Source of the DNA: Catajapyx aquilonaris
Taxonomy: Eukaryota
DNA length: 64,000 bases
Assembly: GCA_000934665.2 (NCBI GenBank)
Contig: KZ538028.1
Coordinates: forward strand, 1-64,000
Reading direction: 5' to 3'
Of the stretch, positions 13,182-26,243 are shown piece after piece. Under the pieces are notes generated by a model. The model did not search any database and had not been told where the DNA came from. It was given only the letters and a program-made list of their open reading frames with translations. The position numbers were made by a program, and so were the translations under genes. Each line of letters opens with the position of its first letter. Positions within the stretch are counted from its first letter, which is position 1.

Positions 13182-14727
13182 CAGTAAAACTTCTATAAGA
13201 TGAAGAAAATGTTGAGCTTGGTTGGTCACAATGTAAAATAATAGGAAATAAACTTCCCTAACTCGAATTTCTATAACTCAAAGTTCTCCATAACTCGAAG
13301 TGCTGGCAGGGCCTTACTATGGGATATCAATGCATTTTCAGTCTCTCTAGGTTGAAGTTCACGTTGGGGAGTACGGAAATTTTCTCATTTCCCAGCCGAA
13401 GAGTCGAGAGTAGGCCACATGTACAGAAATGCTCAATTTCCTGATCTCCGTCTACCAGACATACTGAAAGAAGTGTTTGACTCGATTGTGCCAATTGAAT
13501 CCTTGAATCAAAGAGTAGGCAAATGTCCACAACAGGTTTTTTTTTCACAACAAAACAACAAGGATCATTGCAAGTGTGATAGTGACAGTTATTTTTAAGT
13601 TTTTAACACCTTTTGTCACTGGATATAAAGGTAGGCTTCCTTATAGAGTTATGTGCTTTAAAAAAGCCAAACTTCTCTAGCTCGAATCTTCTATAACTCG
13701 AAGTTTTTCCCCGGTCCCATGGAGATTCGACTTATATACAGTATAAGTCGAATCTCCATGGGACCGGGGGGTTCAATAAAGACTGGCACTGATTTTTTTC
13801 CCCATGGCTATTACGTACACTATTGAACAAATAGGGTGCGTGCAAAGATCTATCGAATAAGAGTTGGTACCCACATCGACACAGTGATATTTTGAATTGT
13901 CATCCAGAGAGGGCAGCATTACCGACCCCCCCTCTCGCAAATCATCTCCTGCAATCATAGCAGCCATCAGGGACGAGCAGTACGCGGCGCTGAAATTCTA
14001 CTTCCTTTTGAAGAAGACTGCTACGAAAGCATATCATCTGTTGCAAGAAGCATGTGGAGATTATGCCATTCCCCGTCGATCCAGAAAGCAAACAGCAAAG
14101 CACAGTGTGGGAGTCTACGAACTCTCCAACACCGAAAAAAGCAAAGGTGCAGGCGAGTGCAGGGAGAGTGATGGTGATATCGTTTTTTGACATTCGTGGA
14201 ATGGTATGCCAACACATTGTTCCGCTGCATACCATCATTACTGGTGCCTATTACGTGTCTGTGATGAGGGCCCTCTTCAAAAACCGAGATCACCAATTCA
14301 CCACCACTTTCCCTGCACTCGCCTGCACCTTTACTTTTTTCGGTGTTGGAGAGTTCGTATAGACTTCCACACTGTGCTTTGCTGTTTGCTTTCTGGATCG
14401 ACAGGGAATGTCATAATCTCCATATGCTTCTTGCAACAGATGATAGGCTTCCGTAGCAGTCTTCTTCAAGCGGAAGCAGAATTTCAGCGCCGCGTACTGC
14501 TCGTCCCTGATGGCTGCCATGATTGCCAGAGGCGATTTGCAAGAGGGGGGTCGGTAATGCTGCCCTCTCTGGATGACAATTCAAAATATCACTGTGTCGA
14601 TGTGGGTACCAACTCTTATTCGACAGATCTTTGTGCATGCACCATATTTGTTCAATACTGTACGTAATAGCCAGGGAAAAAAATCAGTGCCAGTCTTTAT
14701 TGAACCGCCCTCGTGGAAGTTTTACTG
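13182..14727. mobile_element. pogo/Tigger-like MITE whose right TIR is interrupted by a mariner fold-back element
   Basis: TA-CAGTAAAACTTC at 13182 and GAAGTTTTACTG-TA at 14727, with internal CTATAACTCGAA-type repeats. The right TIR is split into TTCGACTTATA (to 13736) and GAAGTTTTACTG. Confidence 0.7.
13768..14713. mobile_element. Palindromic (fold-back) mariner derivative with internally deleted transposase fragments
   Basis: Arms of about 410 bp (~13768-14178 and ~14297-14713) are inverted copies. They encode a mariner HTH (EQYAALKFCFRLKKTATEAYHLLQEAYGD) and a catalytic-domain piece (SKQQSTVW...PKKAKVQASAGRVMVISFFDIRG). The end reads TTGAACCGCCCTCG, the complement of a CGAGGG-type mariner TIR. 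Confidence 0.88.
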
Positions 14728-15339
14728 TATATCATATGAATGCATTGCCTTGTTGACATTCTCTTAAAACTCTGCATATTTTGTTCTTCATAACGACATT
14801 CTTGTTTGGCAAAGTCAATGTGGATCAACTAGACAAGTTTGCTTCAGAGCCAAGTAATAATAATAAACCTGTCACAATACATGTAGTGTAACATTGTAGC
14901 AAGCTCACAAAGCGTGTCAAGACAGTCTATATGACAGGAGGAGAGAGAGCGACTTCCCCCAAACATAATAGAATTGTTTTTGTAATCCATTAGGTTCATT
15001 ATTTGAATATTCTAAGAAAAATCTTTGCACAGAGCATTATTCAAGTCCAAATCTGTCCAGTGTGCCATATTTTCATGACACAAAACTACTTCATTTATGT
15101 CATTAGTAGTGCACAATAATAGTAACTGCCAGTATTGACTTCAAAACCAATGTATTGTGGCAGCTGGTAATATTTCATGGAATTACGCTGAACCTTTCTA
15201 TTTCCGTCTTGAAGGGATATTAGAATGTCAGAGCAGGCTTTATACCCACCTGGTGGATAAATGCTCATTCAAAGGAAAAGGAGCCAAGGACATAGCAAAC
15301 TGCCGAATTGGTTTCTCGTGGCAACTTCTGCACAAAACT

Positions 15340-16157
15340 AAGATGGTATCGCTGTAGTGTTATGTCGCACTGACATAATACAATTCGATCACATGAAACA
15401 GTGGCAGTCTCTCTTCAAAAACACCATCCAATCCGAGATGAAAGCAATGGACATTGACGGGAGAGTGGTAACCTGGTTGCAAACTGAGTGTCAGGCATAC
15501 AGAAATCCACGCATCGATGCATGAGCACAGTGTGCAAAAACTGTCTGTATTTGTCATGATCAAAACTAGAGTATGAAGTTCAGAGAGGAGTGGCCATCAT
15601 TGCCTGATGATTCCAGGCTAGGGCAAGCAAACCCTGCTGCATCCAATGTTTCCATAGCGAGAATTGACCATCTTTTTCAGGAAGGCATAAGAATATTACG
15701 ATGAAAGAACTTGCCGAAAAACTGGAATCAGTATTGGGAGTGTGCACACCATTCTCTGGGATCATATGCAGTACCACAAGATTTGTGTGTAGTGAGTGCC
15801 ACACAACTTGGGAACCTGTGCAAAAAGATACTTGAATGGGTGTGTCCTTGTAGCATTTGCTGTGGTATCATAAGGTCACCATATCAACCACAGAATGATT
15901 GCAGGAGATGAAACATGCTGCTTTCTGTGGTTAAAAACCTGATTACCAGTCGCTGCTCAATGTTCATTGCTTCCATGTCTGACTTATTGACGGGTGGTCC
16001 TGAACAAAGGCAGAGTGTGTAACTTGCTCAAATTGGCCCCTGTCAGTGCATCGTAACACAACAGCAGTACCACCTTTGTTTTGTGTAATGGATACCATAA
16101 GACATCCATCCAGCAGTTTGCTACAACCGCGGCTAATTTTTATTTGAATGACCCTTA
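15340..16157 (+). pseudogene. Degraded mariner transposon relic; left boundary approximate
   Basis: Broken frames give ITMKELAEK/ISIGSVHTIL, ICV**VPHNL at 15781 (WVPHEL-type motif) and IAGDETC at 15898 (TGDETW-type motif). TIR-like end TTTGAATGACCCTTA. Confidence 0.7.
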
Positions 16158-16778
16158 CAGCACCCTGATCGAAATCATTAGAGAGTTCGATATGATGCAG
16201 ACCGTTACTTTCTCATCGCCCTCAGTCATGTTGTGTTAAATTAAAATAATGTGGCAGGTTGAATCTGCCTTCCGTGTCATCACAGCTAGTAAAATAGTGT
16301 GGAATCACATCAGAACATTGGTCAGGCTAGTCTTTTTGCTTCGATGGGAGGCAAGCATCGTCGTCAACACCCTGATGTGGAAAGCCAGGCCTAACGTGAT
16401 ACTCTGTCTGCACTACAGCATTCTAAGTACGCAATGCCTAACTGCAGCAAATCCATGGCCAAGCCCCCCTTGCATCAAGCCCTGTCCGTCACCCGTTGCA
16501 CCACAACAAAACTCATCAGGCACAATCCAAGCCAAGCTAAGACATGCACATGTACATGATTAATGCACCAGGTTAGCACATGGGAACAAGAACGACAGGC
16601 AAAGGAATCGTGAGGGACGGGGTCGGGAGGCTAGTGTACGTATGTGTCCCTACCAGTCCACCCCATCCGCTCAGAACACACGGGCCGCCCGCAGCCATCC
16701 ATCCACCCCACCCAACCCGCGTTTCGAACACGAACGATCTAAAAAGGAGGAAGGCCTGGAGCTGGCCTAAAAACTCAC

Positions 16779-16900
16779 CCATCGATCTGGATTGTTGTGA
16801 CGCCATCTTGGACGACGCAGGGCAGCAGCCGCACAGAAGGCAGCAGCGGAAACCCTAGGGAAGCGGACAGGAGGGGAGGAGGGGAAGACTGGCGGACACA
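16779..16900 (-). other. Probable first exon of the QSER1/PRR12-like gene, with ATG at 16806; 5' boundary approximate
   Basis: GC-rich promoter-like region, CAAGATGGCG motif, ORF MASQQSRSM-G ending at a perfect donor G|GTGAGT (16778). Confidence 0.6.
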
Positions 16901-18799
16901 GTGCAGCAGAGCGGCGCCCAAGGATTGGAGGGGGGGGGGCAAAACGTCGCTACTTCACACACAGAGAGAGCTTAGGGAGAGAGTTGGAGGGGGGGAGTCG
17001 AACAGTGGGGGCGAAATGAGGGGGTGGCGAGAGACGGATGCGACGTTGCCACCTCATGGAAACGGCAACACCGCATATAACAGCTACAGTGCAATCATAT
17101 AAACAACCTTCCCAGACTGTCACAGCTACCGGGGGATTGTAGCTAATATAGCCTGTAGCGCCCTTGGTGTAGCCTCGGCGGCGGCCTTTTCCTTCAAGCT
17201 TTGGATGTGACGAGAATGATCGGGTCAGCTGCTTCCCACTCCCAGACCCGACCGCCTCTCGCCCACCCACCCGCAGCCTTTCACTGGTTTCCACACCCGG
17301 GGGGTACCGTATCGTGTGGTACGGTACCTGCATCATAATTTCGAACATGTTTGGCGGGCATGCTGCATTGCTGCAGCAGGTGGAGGGGGGCCGGGCGGTT
17401 GAAAGAGCAGAGAGATATTTCTTGCTCTCTGCCTCCCCCTCCACCCACTGTGCCTTGCGCCGGTTGGGTTTTGGCCCACCCACACCCTCCCACCCAGGCA
17501 GCAGACACCAGTCCTCTGTATCGATCCATAATCGCCCCCTAACAGTACAACACCCCAGAGTTATATACTCGCGTCATGTCATGCGTTGATATTCGCTCCC
17601 TCCAATCCACCCCCTCCCCACACCCCCACTACCTTAACTTCTCACGCCTCCCACACTGCACCTGCTTAGAGGGAAATTCCCAGCACCCAAGGGCATTTTC
17701 AAGAGAAGATGAAGAAATGGGGGTGGGATGGTTTTTCCGGAGAGATTAGACGAATGGATAGCCAGGAGTTACATGGAAATGGTTGGACAAGTGTCATGTG
17801 AAGCCCCCATCACACCTGTGATGGCAGGATACCTATGCATAATACTATCTCCTCATTGACCAAAGCAATGGCATGGATAGTGCAAGAAATTGAGAATAAC
17901 TCATCACTATTAATAATTGACACTTCAGTGTCATTGCTGACGGGGCACCAATTCTAATTCGGTGACTAGAGTCGCGAAGAGCAGCACCAACGCACTTGTT
18001 TTTTTGCATGCAATCCAGTCCCGGACGCTTAAGGTCAGGACGGTGGTATCTTGCACAATTCTCAAATCTAATGTGGACATTTTCCTGCAAAAAAAAATAC
18101 ACCATCCTGTATGTGCCCAAGGCCTTCAAGGTCAATCAGTGGTGCCCTTCACATGCCCTAGTTATTTTTCACTCAGGTGCACAGATGCTACGAGGAAAGA
18201 TTTATCCTCTGCACAAGTTTCAATAAAAATGTCCTACTGTTCACTTACATGGTAGCAGCTAAATGGCCTGTTAACATATGACCACATAGGTTCTGATGTG
18301 TAACCCAAGAAGCCAATCTCATTATCGTCCCCATACAGCCATTTACATCACTCAGAACAAATTGTCTTGAAAGGGGAAAAAAACTACTTACAACAGCATA
18401 AAGATGCAATACACATTCTAATGTACACCAACTAGACTACAGGCTGACATATGCATGTCTGAATGTTGTTATTCTTAAAAATGAGAATTCCTAACTAATT
18501 CACAGCCACATCTGTATCACTGATGCTGGATTCTCTCAGGTATAAAGACAAATAAACCAACACCTTCTCAAATTTAAACAACCTTTGATTTTATTATGAA
18601 ATGGGTGAATCGAAAAGTGTCCAAAGAGGTACTTCCTCCTACCCAACAGATGCACCTCACATGTACAAAGCCCAATTGATGCAATATGTTGCATCCTGTG
18701 CACTCACATGATCCACGACAACCAAATGAATATCCCTGCAGATTAGTCCACCGCTTTGCAGTATTACCCTGCACTACGCAAGATCACAATGACAATGTA

Positions 18800-21700
18800 C
18801 TATCTGTATGAATAATGCTGTTTCTTCTGTTGCCAAGAGCCAAACTTGACAAAGGCTGTGTTGAGGAGCCGATTCAAATGGTTTAGGGTGGCAGCTGGGA
18901 CGTGCTCCATGCGCAAGCGTTCCTGTTGAAAAAAATATTTCCTGTTGTCATCTCGCTTCTGTTATCGGTTCTGAAAGTTGTAAATATTGAACCATGGCTT
19001 ATACCTCAAGTGGCCTCAACTTGGCAGTTGCAAACCGGCGCAAGGTGTCATTCATCCGCATTGCCTTCTCTTCCAGTGATGAACTGGTGGGTGGGAAGCA
19101 TGCCCAGAAGTGGCGAAGTAGTTCTCCTAGTGAGGAATACAACTTCCTCACTTCATCCTCCAATTCAGGGGTCAGGTGCTCTACATAAATCCAAAAAGAA
19201 AACGATTAGGGAGTCAATAATGGCATTATATGACAATACTATGGATGTGCTACTTTGATATGCTATGAAACATGAACTTGAATGACTTAATAGGATCATG
19301 TACACCATTATTTCTTGAAATAACTGAATATGAAAATTAAGCAAGACGTATCCCACAAAAATTATTTGAATCTCAGCATGCAATGCTCTGTAAACTGTAA
19401 TATTACAACAAACCTCCACTATAAACTCAAAACATGAGCTTTTAATAGCAATCCACACTTTGCATGTCAAATGATTACGCAAGCACTAGGGATTAGAAGT
19501 TGGTTACGCACGTGCAAGAGTGTCGCTCCTAGGTGCCGTCATAAGGGCTCCACCAGGACTCAAGTCAGCTATCACAAGTCCCACGATGTCGTGGTTAAGA
19601 AGTGGTGAGGATGAGTAGGTCATCCCACTCGATGTAGGCCATTTCGACACCTCTGATCTGAGGATCTGGGCACAGCGGAACGCCTCGTCAAGACTAGGGA
19701 TCTGCCCTGAGGCAGCGACTGAGCCACCAGGAGCACCAGACGATGAGGAAGAATTCATGGAGGCAGTAGGGGTGGCAGTAGGAGCTTGGCAGTAGCGCTC
19801 ACGGTGATTCAGGACTAAGGGCTCGGCAGCCTTGTCTGACCTGCCAATGCCTTGATCCTTGCTATTGCTTATATTGCCAAGGTCTTCGTAGACAATCTTT
19901 TCAGCCACAGCTTGCTTCTGATAATGCAAGCATCGTATTAATTATCCAGTGTACACCTGTATGATAGCGTGACACAAGTACTTAAAGAATGAAACCTAAC
20001 CAGATAACACACCACTACCCAAGAGATTCAAACAAGAGTCAATAGAACCCAAGAGCACCTTTTCCATTGGAGACACCTCCAGTGGTTCATATGTCTCCTC
20101 AACAACTATCTCTTCAGCCTTTCTCTTCTTCCCTTCTGATTTGCTCCCCTTTCCTTCCTTCAGTACATCGTTCTGGCTCCCTTCCTGTGCCAAAGGCGCT
20201 GCTGGTTCACCAGTACTTCCTTGCTGGCATGCACGCAAAACCATAATACTATGCTGATTAAATCTGTAATAAGAAAAAAAGGAAGGCAATGAATACTTTT
20301 TTCATTACACTCACGGCATATTCCCAAGATGGGGTTACCAGCAATGACCAGGAACAATCCACCTGGCCATCTCGTACGAACAGTTTAATGTATCATTAAT
20401 GATTACTTCATTCCAAATAAACAGCTTTTGACCTACTATCTGTTTCAGAATTTAGTACCCATCAATTTCAATTAAAATTTCACACACTTGCTCATGTGAA
20501 GTCACATTAATTCACATAAAATTATCCCCAAGGCTCACAGAATGGGCAGCTCAAGTATCTACTCAGTTAGCCAATCTGACCTGTCCATGGTCTTATGGTC
20601 AATTTCTAGAGCAGTAGTTTAAACTCAGCTTGTGCATACGCCCTTCATTCAGTTTAAACTCCCCTTCTGACACTCCACATTTCTCAAGCACTGCCTAACC
20701 ATTGATTACTACCCAAAACCTCTTCCCACTGGTTATAATTGCACCATTGCCACTTGGCGAGCTTCTGACTAGTCCCCCCTCCATTGCGTGAACCCATCTG
20801 AACTGGACTGTTAGAGTTTACGCTGAGCCTTTTGCCTAGAAAAAAGTAATTTTCCACGACAAGAATATGGGAAAGACATACCGCTTAATAATGTTTTGTT
20901 GAACAATGTTGACTGTGGACTTCCCTGCACCTGGGTCTGTAGGGTCCATATGGCCTTGAGATAGGTCTACAAAGTCATCAAATCTCCCCAGGTCAACCAG
21001 GGGGTTTCTTACTCCTGTGGCTGCATCCCTCTTCAGCTGCGCTTCATCAAGCCGGGCACACTCGGCAAAGAGGTCTTTGGTAGAGGAGGATGAAGACGAG
21101 GGTGGCATGCACAGCCGATCTCGATGGAAGTAATGTGATTGAAAGAAACGTGTCCAGAACTCTGACTCTGTGATTTTCCCAGGCACATATTCAGCATGTT
21201 TCTGTCGCACCACCGGGTATGTCCTGAAGATTGCCTCCATCAGATCTGGGGTGAGGTTATAACGAAGACCATTGCATCCATCTGTTACAGGCCTGATTTC
21301 TGCCAAAAAGGCTCCCGATACACCCACTGCCTGTCGTCCATTAGTAGTTGACACACCATTGTTGGCAAGAAAGTTTGGTGCATGGCGGGTCCAAAACTCC
21401 TCTGCAGTAACCACTTGTGATGCCACCAGGTCATGGTACAGCCGCAGAAGATGTGGGTTGTTGGTCAACACTCTGTTCTTTTCCTCCAGCTCAGGGTTGA
21501 TCTTGCGCTTGAACCGAGGGAGCAATCCCTGAAGCACTTCCTTCACCTGGTCCCTCTCAGACACCTGCTTCTGGTGACCACCAGAGGCACAGAACTGAAA
21601 GGTGGATGACTGGCCATCATGCAGAACAATCTGCAATTGCACCTTTGCTTTTCCCTCTGGGCTGATCTTCTGAAGTTTCACATCTGAGTAGCGGTGGACC

Positions 21701-21831
21701 ACACCAAACTTGTCCTGGTTGGAGTCTGACATCCAGCCCACTCTCTCTGCCATTACGTACAGTGTTCCCTCGCCCTTCTTGTATCGCACATGCTTCATTT
21801 GAAGCAGCACATCTTCTGATTCCCGAGACAT
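18800..21831 (-). CDS. GTF2H1: General transcription factor IIH subunit 1 (p62/Tfb1)
   Basis: Exons 21831-20882, 20263-20059 (donor least certain), 19917-19512, 19180-19005, 18922-18800. PH-like domain (KLQKISPEGKAKVQLQIVLHDG), BSD domains (EEFW; TESEFWTRFFQSHYFHRDR), RFNQHSIMVL and ELLRHFWACFP. Confidence 0.95.
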
Positions 21832-22620
21832 CTTGCTGCAAAGAGAAGTGTCAGGTAAAATTATTACAATTCAAAGACTGCATTACATGATAGGGATTCA
21901 CAATATTGACATCTCTCGTGGTACATCAGAAAAACCCATCGACTAGCTGGACATTTTACTGACTTCTATTGATTCTCGGCGCTAAAAATGGATCCATTGT
22001 GATGTGCATTTTCCCAATTACCTACGCCATACAGGAAGGGTGAGATGCATTATACATCACAGGGTGGTTACAAGAAGTACTATAAAGCATTAGTATGCTT
22101 TGTCAAGATTTTCAGGCCAAACATACTTTCTTCGCTCATTTGTGATGAAAAAACTTGTAATTATAAATGAAACTTGACAACTTTGTATAATGTAGCCTGA
22201 AAAACTCTAGTGCACTTTTTAAAATGCAAACACAACAACCACATTTTCCAGCTTCCTCATGAAATCCATGTGATAGCCACCATTAACCCAGAGCCCTTAG
22301 TTTCAAACCTGCTATGTCAATTTGTGATTCAAAAAGAATATAACACCAGATTTCTCTTGCCAACAACAAATATTCCTGTTGGAAAGTACATTCCACTTTT
22401 TTTCAACACAAAATAAAAACATCACTAAAATGACCACAACTGTTTCTTATCCAATACCAGGCATGAAAGAATGCCGAACAATAGAGCAAAGGATTCTAAG
22501 AATGTTATGTAAGATATGCAGACTTTTTCACTTGACCTTAGCTTCTCCCCTTTGAGTAATACAACAAAAGACCACCTTCCAACTTTTCATGCAATCACTG
22601 TGTTACATAACTTCTTGATG

Positions 22621-22876
22621 GGGGCAACACGGTGGCGGAGTGGTTAGAGCCACAGCCTTCCACCTCTAAGGTCCTGCGTTCGATCCCCGGATCGGACAGA
22701 GGATACTTATGTGGATAAAGTTTCGATGGGTTCTCTCCGTGTTTGCGTGGGTTTTCTAGGGGTTCTCCCCATTTCCTCCCACTATCAAAATCCATCACAG
22801 CAAAGGCAATGATTAAAGTCGGTTAATTGAAAAGATGATCCCCTAAAAAGCTGAAGGAGGCTTATCACGGGGTATC

Positions 22877-22943
<67 letters not shown>
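22621..22943 (+). mobile_element. tRNA-derived SINE with (ATT)n tail
   Basis: A box GGTGGCGGAGTGG, B box GTTCGATCCC, V/Meta-like core GTGGGTTTTCT...TTTCCTCCCCA, (ATT)n at 22878-22943. Target duplication ATA(A/T)CTTCTTGATG at 22607-22620 and 22944-22957. Confidence 0.9.
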
Positions 22944-22947
<4 letters not shown>

Positions 22948-23322
22948 CTTCTTGATGTCTGATGATCCCATTACATCAAAAATAAAATAACATATATTTT
23001 AAATTCCTGGACCAAATATTAAAACCACAGTATAATTTTCTACATACATCTCTGAACTTACTTTCACCATGTGCAAGAATGTGCCCATACTTAGATAGCA
23101 TTTTTAGCAATCATATGAATGTTCTTATCCCATCCTATTTTCAAGGATGCTGTTATCCCAGAACTTGCAATTACTACACATGTGTAACCTGCCCCAAAAA
23201 ACCAGTGCTGTAAGCATTTCCCATTGTGATTGCTCTTTACATTTGCTGTTTTTTCGCTTGACTCAATATAAAGCTGTGCTGCCATTTCATACAGTATTTG
23301 ATCATGGCAAATGTAGCTATTA

Positions 23323-23448
23323 GGGACGGTTTCACCAAGACCGGTTTATAATGAAAACCCGGTTCTTACGGAAAATCCCTACAAATTTGTAGGGGTTTTC
23401 CGAAAGAACAGGGGTTTTATCATAAACCAGTCTTGGTGAAACAGGCCC
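23323..23448. mobile_element. PIF/Harbinger (Tourist-like) palindromic MITE
   Basis: TTA-GGGACGGTTTCACCAAGAC...GTCTTGGTGAAACAGGCCC-TTA: 3-bp TTA duplication, and the whole element is an imperfect hairpin. Confidence 0.75.
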
Positions 23449-23472
23449 TTACTCAGATACCCACAGAACATA

Positions 23473-23701
23473 CAGGGAGTTAATGAATTCAACCAACAAA
23501 CTTCTAGGGGCAATAGAGGGGACCACGACAAACATAATTCATATGGGACCTGTGTCGAGAAACACATCTGACCGATCCATTCCTTGTCTATTGACCCCCT
23601 CTAGATGGCGTTTCTGGACACAGGTTCCTATACGAAATATGTTTGTCTTGGTCCCCTCTATTACCGCTAGAAGATTGTTGATTGAATGCATTAACTCCCT
23701 G
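23473..23701. mobile_element. Tc1/mariner-type MITE
   Basis: TA-CAGGGAGTTAATG...CATTAACTCCCTG-TA with imperfect inverted arms of about 95 bp. Confidence 0.8.
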
Positions 23702-25484
23702 TATAGTCACTCTATCATTAACTACTAGGAAGTATTAATCATTCAAGAGACATGCTTACCAGATCATGGTTCCGGAGCTTTATCACAAACTCAAGCTTTT
23801 TTCATTAATTTCACTGCAGTGACACATGCTAGGCTTTTAAAGAAACCTGCATCTTGAATGACAGCTCCTCTCTCCTACTCTCTCTTATCTCTTGGAAAGC
23901 TGTGATTTAAAATTCCTCTGCACTGATAAAAATTGCACCCAGAAAAATATATTCCAGATGTGAACATGCAGTCAATTAGAGGAGTGTGTGTTCCTTCAAC
24001 ACTTTAAAATTAGTAGTGCCTTTTTCCAGCAGGCATACAAAGTACAATTTCGGTGATTTTGATATATTTACACCACTATAGCACTATGTAGCATTTTTCT
24101 GCTCTATTGCCTGGTAAAGTAGTCTCGAAGATTCAAAATGAAACAGGAAGCCAGGATTTTCTGCCTTCACTGGCATGTAAATAAGTGTAACTCCTACTCG
24201 TAACTGCAAGGTCGTATCTTTACCATGAATTATTTCCAAACTGGCTTTTTCAACTTAATGGATTTTCGTGTCCAAAATTTGAGAACATGTGAATTGGGCT
24301 TGATATAATGAAATATTATTTTGCAAACTGCTATTTACATACTACCAGCATAATTATGTGCTGTGCAAATTGATGTCTACGATCAAGGTCTTGTTCAAGG
24401 CTGCACATTAAACACAACAGCAGCAAGTGCACATGGAGGTGGGGGATGTCAATCATGCCTTGGCAGCACCTTTGGAGTAATTTATAGTTTAACACACACT
24501 TACATGTTCAAGTACCGTTGCTTTAAATACCACTCTTAATCATTATCTGTCATGGTGGAAACAATGCTCCTCCACCCAGCACCACTAGGAGAATTCATAT
24601 TATAGGATCCTTTGGCCAGAATATATCCTGGCCCAATGTGGTCAGCCACGGAAGTGTCACCAAGGGCTGTCCAGGAGAATGGCCATGCCAGCACATGCTA
24701 GCCCCCCCACTGCCTGCTCTCCCTCACACCCCTGAACTACTTGCGCACAGAAAACACTGCCGCCATTAGAGAAACAAATAAAAATCACCCAATGTTGCCC
24801 CAATGCCACCTGACTGCAGGCAAAATGGAGAATTTGCACATCTGGAGCAGCCCAGCTCCCAGACTTCCCTTTTTAAAATGTAGATTTATTCAGGGTTTAA
24901 TCCGTACGAAGTGCAGTGCCTCACGATGCTCCATCGTCCCTCAAAATGCTGCTTGTGCGAACTGACTACTTTTGATTCCTGGCCAGTGGTTTGCAATGAT
25001 TCCCAGCTGGCCAGGAATTTTGCAAGCTTTGTCTCTTGTTATTTCCATTCTTTCACTGCATCACTGTTTTTTAACGGACCCCTTGGCAGGAATCCATTGA
25101 GCACCCTGCCCTATCCTTTCTATTTCTAGCTGCAGAATATGTAGGAAAAATATCTGTATTACAAGAAACCTGTCCCCAACAGATAATTTATCCAACAGAA
25201 ACTTTCCCTTTACGAATATTTCCTTAGTCTTGGTGCCAAATTTTAAGACGCTTCTGTTACATCCAGCAGAAACCTATTCAGTATGGAAAAGGCATGCAGA
25301 ACACAGGAATGCCGTTATAGATCCCATACTTATGCTCAGAATTACTCTTACCATAATTGCATCGATCCATTGATCTCTACTCTGCATTGGACAGCTGCAC
25401 AACTCTGTCAACGTGTACATATTTAAAATTATGTAAAACAGAACAAAGGTGAGAACACGGGAGAAAAAATGAATTTTCCCCGGG

Positions 25485-25486
<2 letters not shown>

Positions 25487-25522
<36 letters not shown>
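25487..25522. repeat. (GA)18 microsatellite
   Basis: Directly visible. Confidence 0.95.
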
Positions 25523-25527
<5 letters not shown>

Positions 25528-25745
25528 CAAAACATTGGGGCAGGTGTGAAACATACCCCCTGCGCCACCATGTTGCGCTTTTAAGAATTTACATCTCCGT
25601 ATAATATGACAGGAGAGTCACATACAGTAGATGGCCTCAAGCGTGGACACTGGAAGATCTTATTCACTAGTGTATGAGCTAATTTTTTGCAGATCCTTGC
25701 AAACATACGAAAAACCACCCGTCTTATTCCGGTTCAAGTGATGAA

Positions 25746-25806
25746 TGAAAAGATGATCTCCAAAAAGGCCCACTGAGGGAGCCTATCACTGGGTATCCAT
25801 TATTAT
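25746..25806 (+). mobile_element. 3'-tail fragment related to the 22621 SINE or its partner LINE
   Basis: TGAAAAGATGATC...TATCACTGGGTATCCATTATTAT matches the SINE tail at about 22828-22885. Confidence 0.65.
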
Positions 25807-26243
25807 AACTCTGTCAACCAAGGGGTAAATCACTCGTCAAGTCCGTTGTATGATGCAAAGTGTCAAGTCTGGGCCCAAGTCCAGCTTTTCACAAGTCCAT
25901 TGTATGCTCAACTGCCGAGTGATTCACCCCTTGCCGCCCCTCGCTGTCAACATAATTACATTGATCCCCCTATGTCTGTTAAATATCATTAATATTGCCC
26001 TACAGTTTCTATATGTTGTAAAATAATATTTAAAAAGTAATTGTGGTGATAGCCTACTTCTATACAATTAGCCATACATCACATTGCATGTAAAAAAAAA
26101 GGCTGCTCTACCACCTGCGTGCTTCACCCGGAGAAACTGCACCTAGTGTAGACCCAGTCCACTTGGTATTTAGGTGCACCGCTGCCTACAACTGAAGGAT
26201 GCTCACTATATCGCCATCGAGAGAGAAGCTTGAAAACACTCAC

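Noticed and set aside
17130..17200. tRNA-Ala-like start GGGGGATTGTAGCT
   Set aside because: No T-loop (GTTCGA), cloverleaf or acceptor stem.
22621..22695. tRNA gene (also 53878-53950)
   Set aside because: A and B boxes run on into SINE bodies with target-site duplications, so these are SINE heads.
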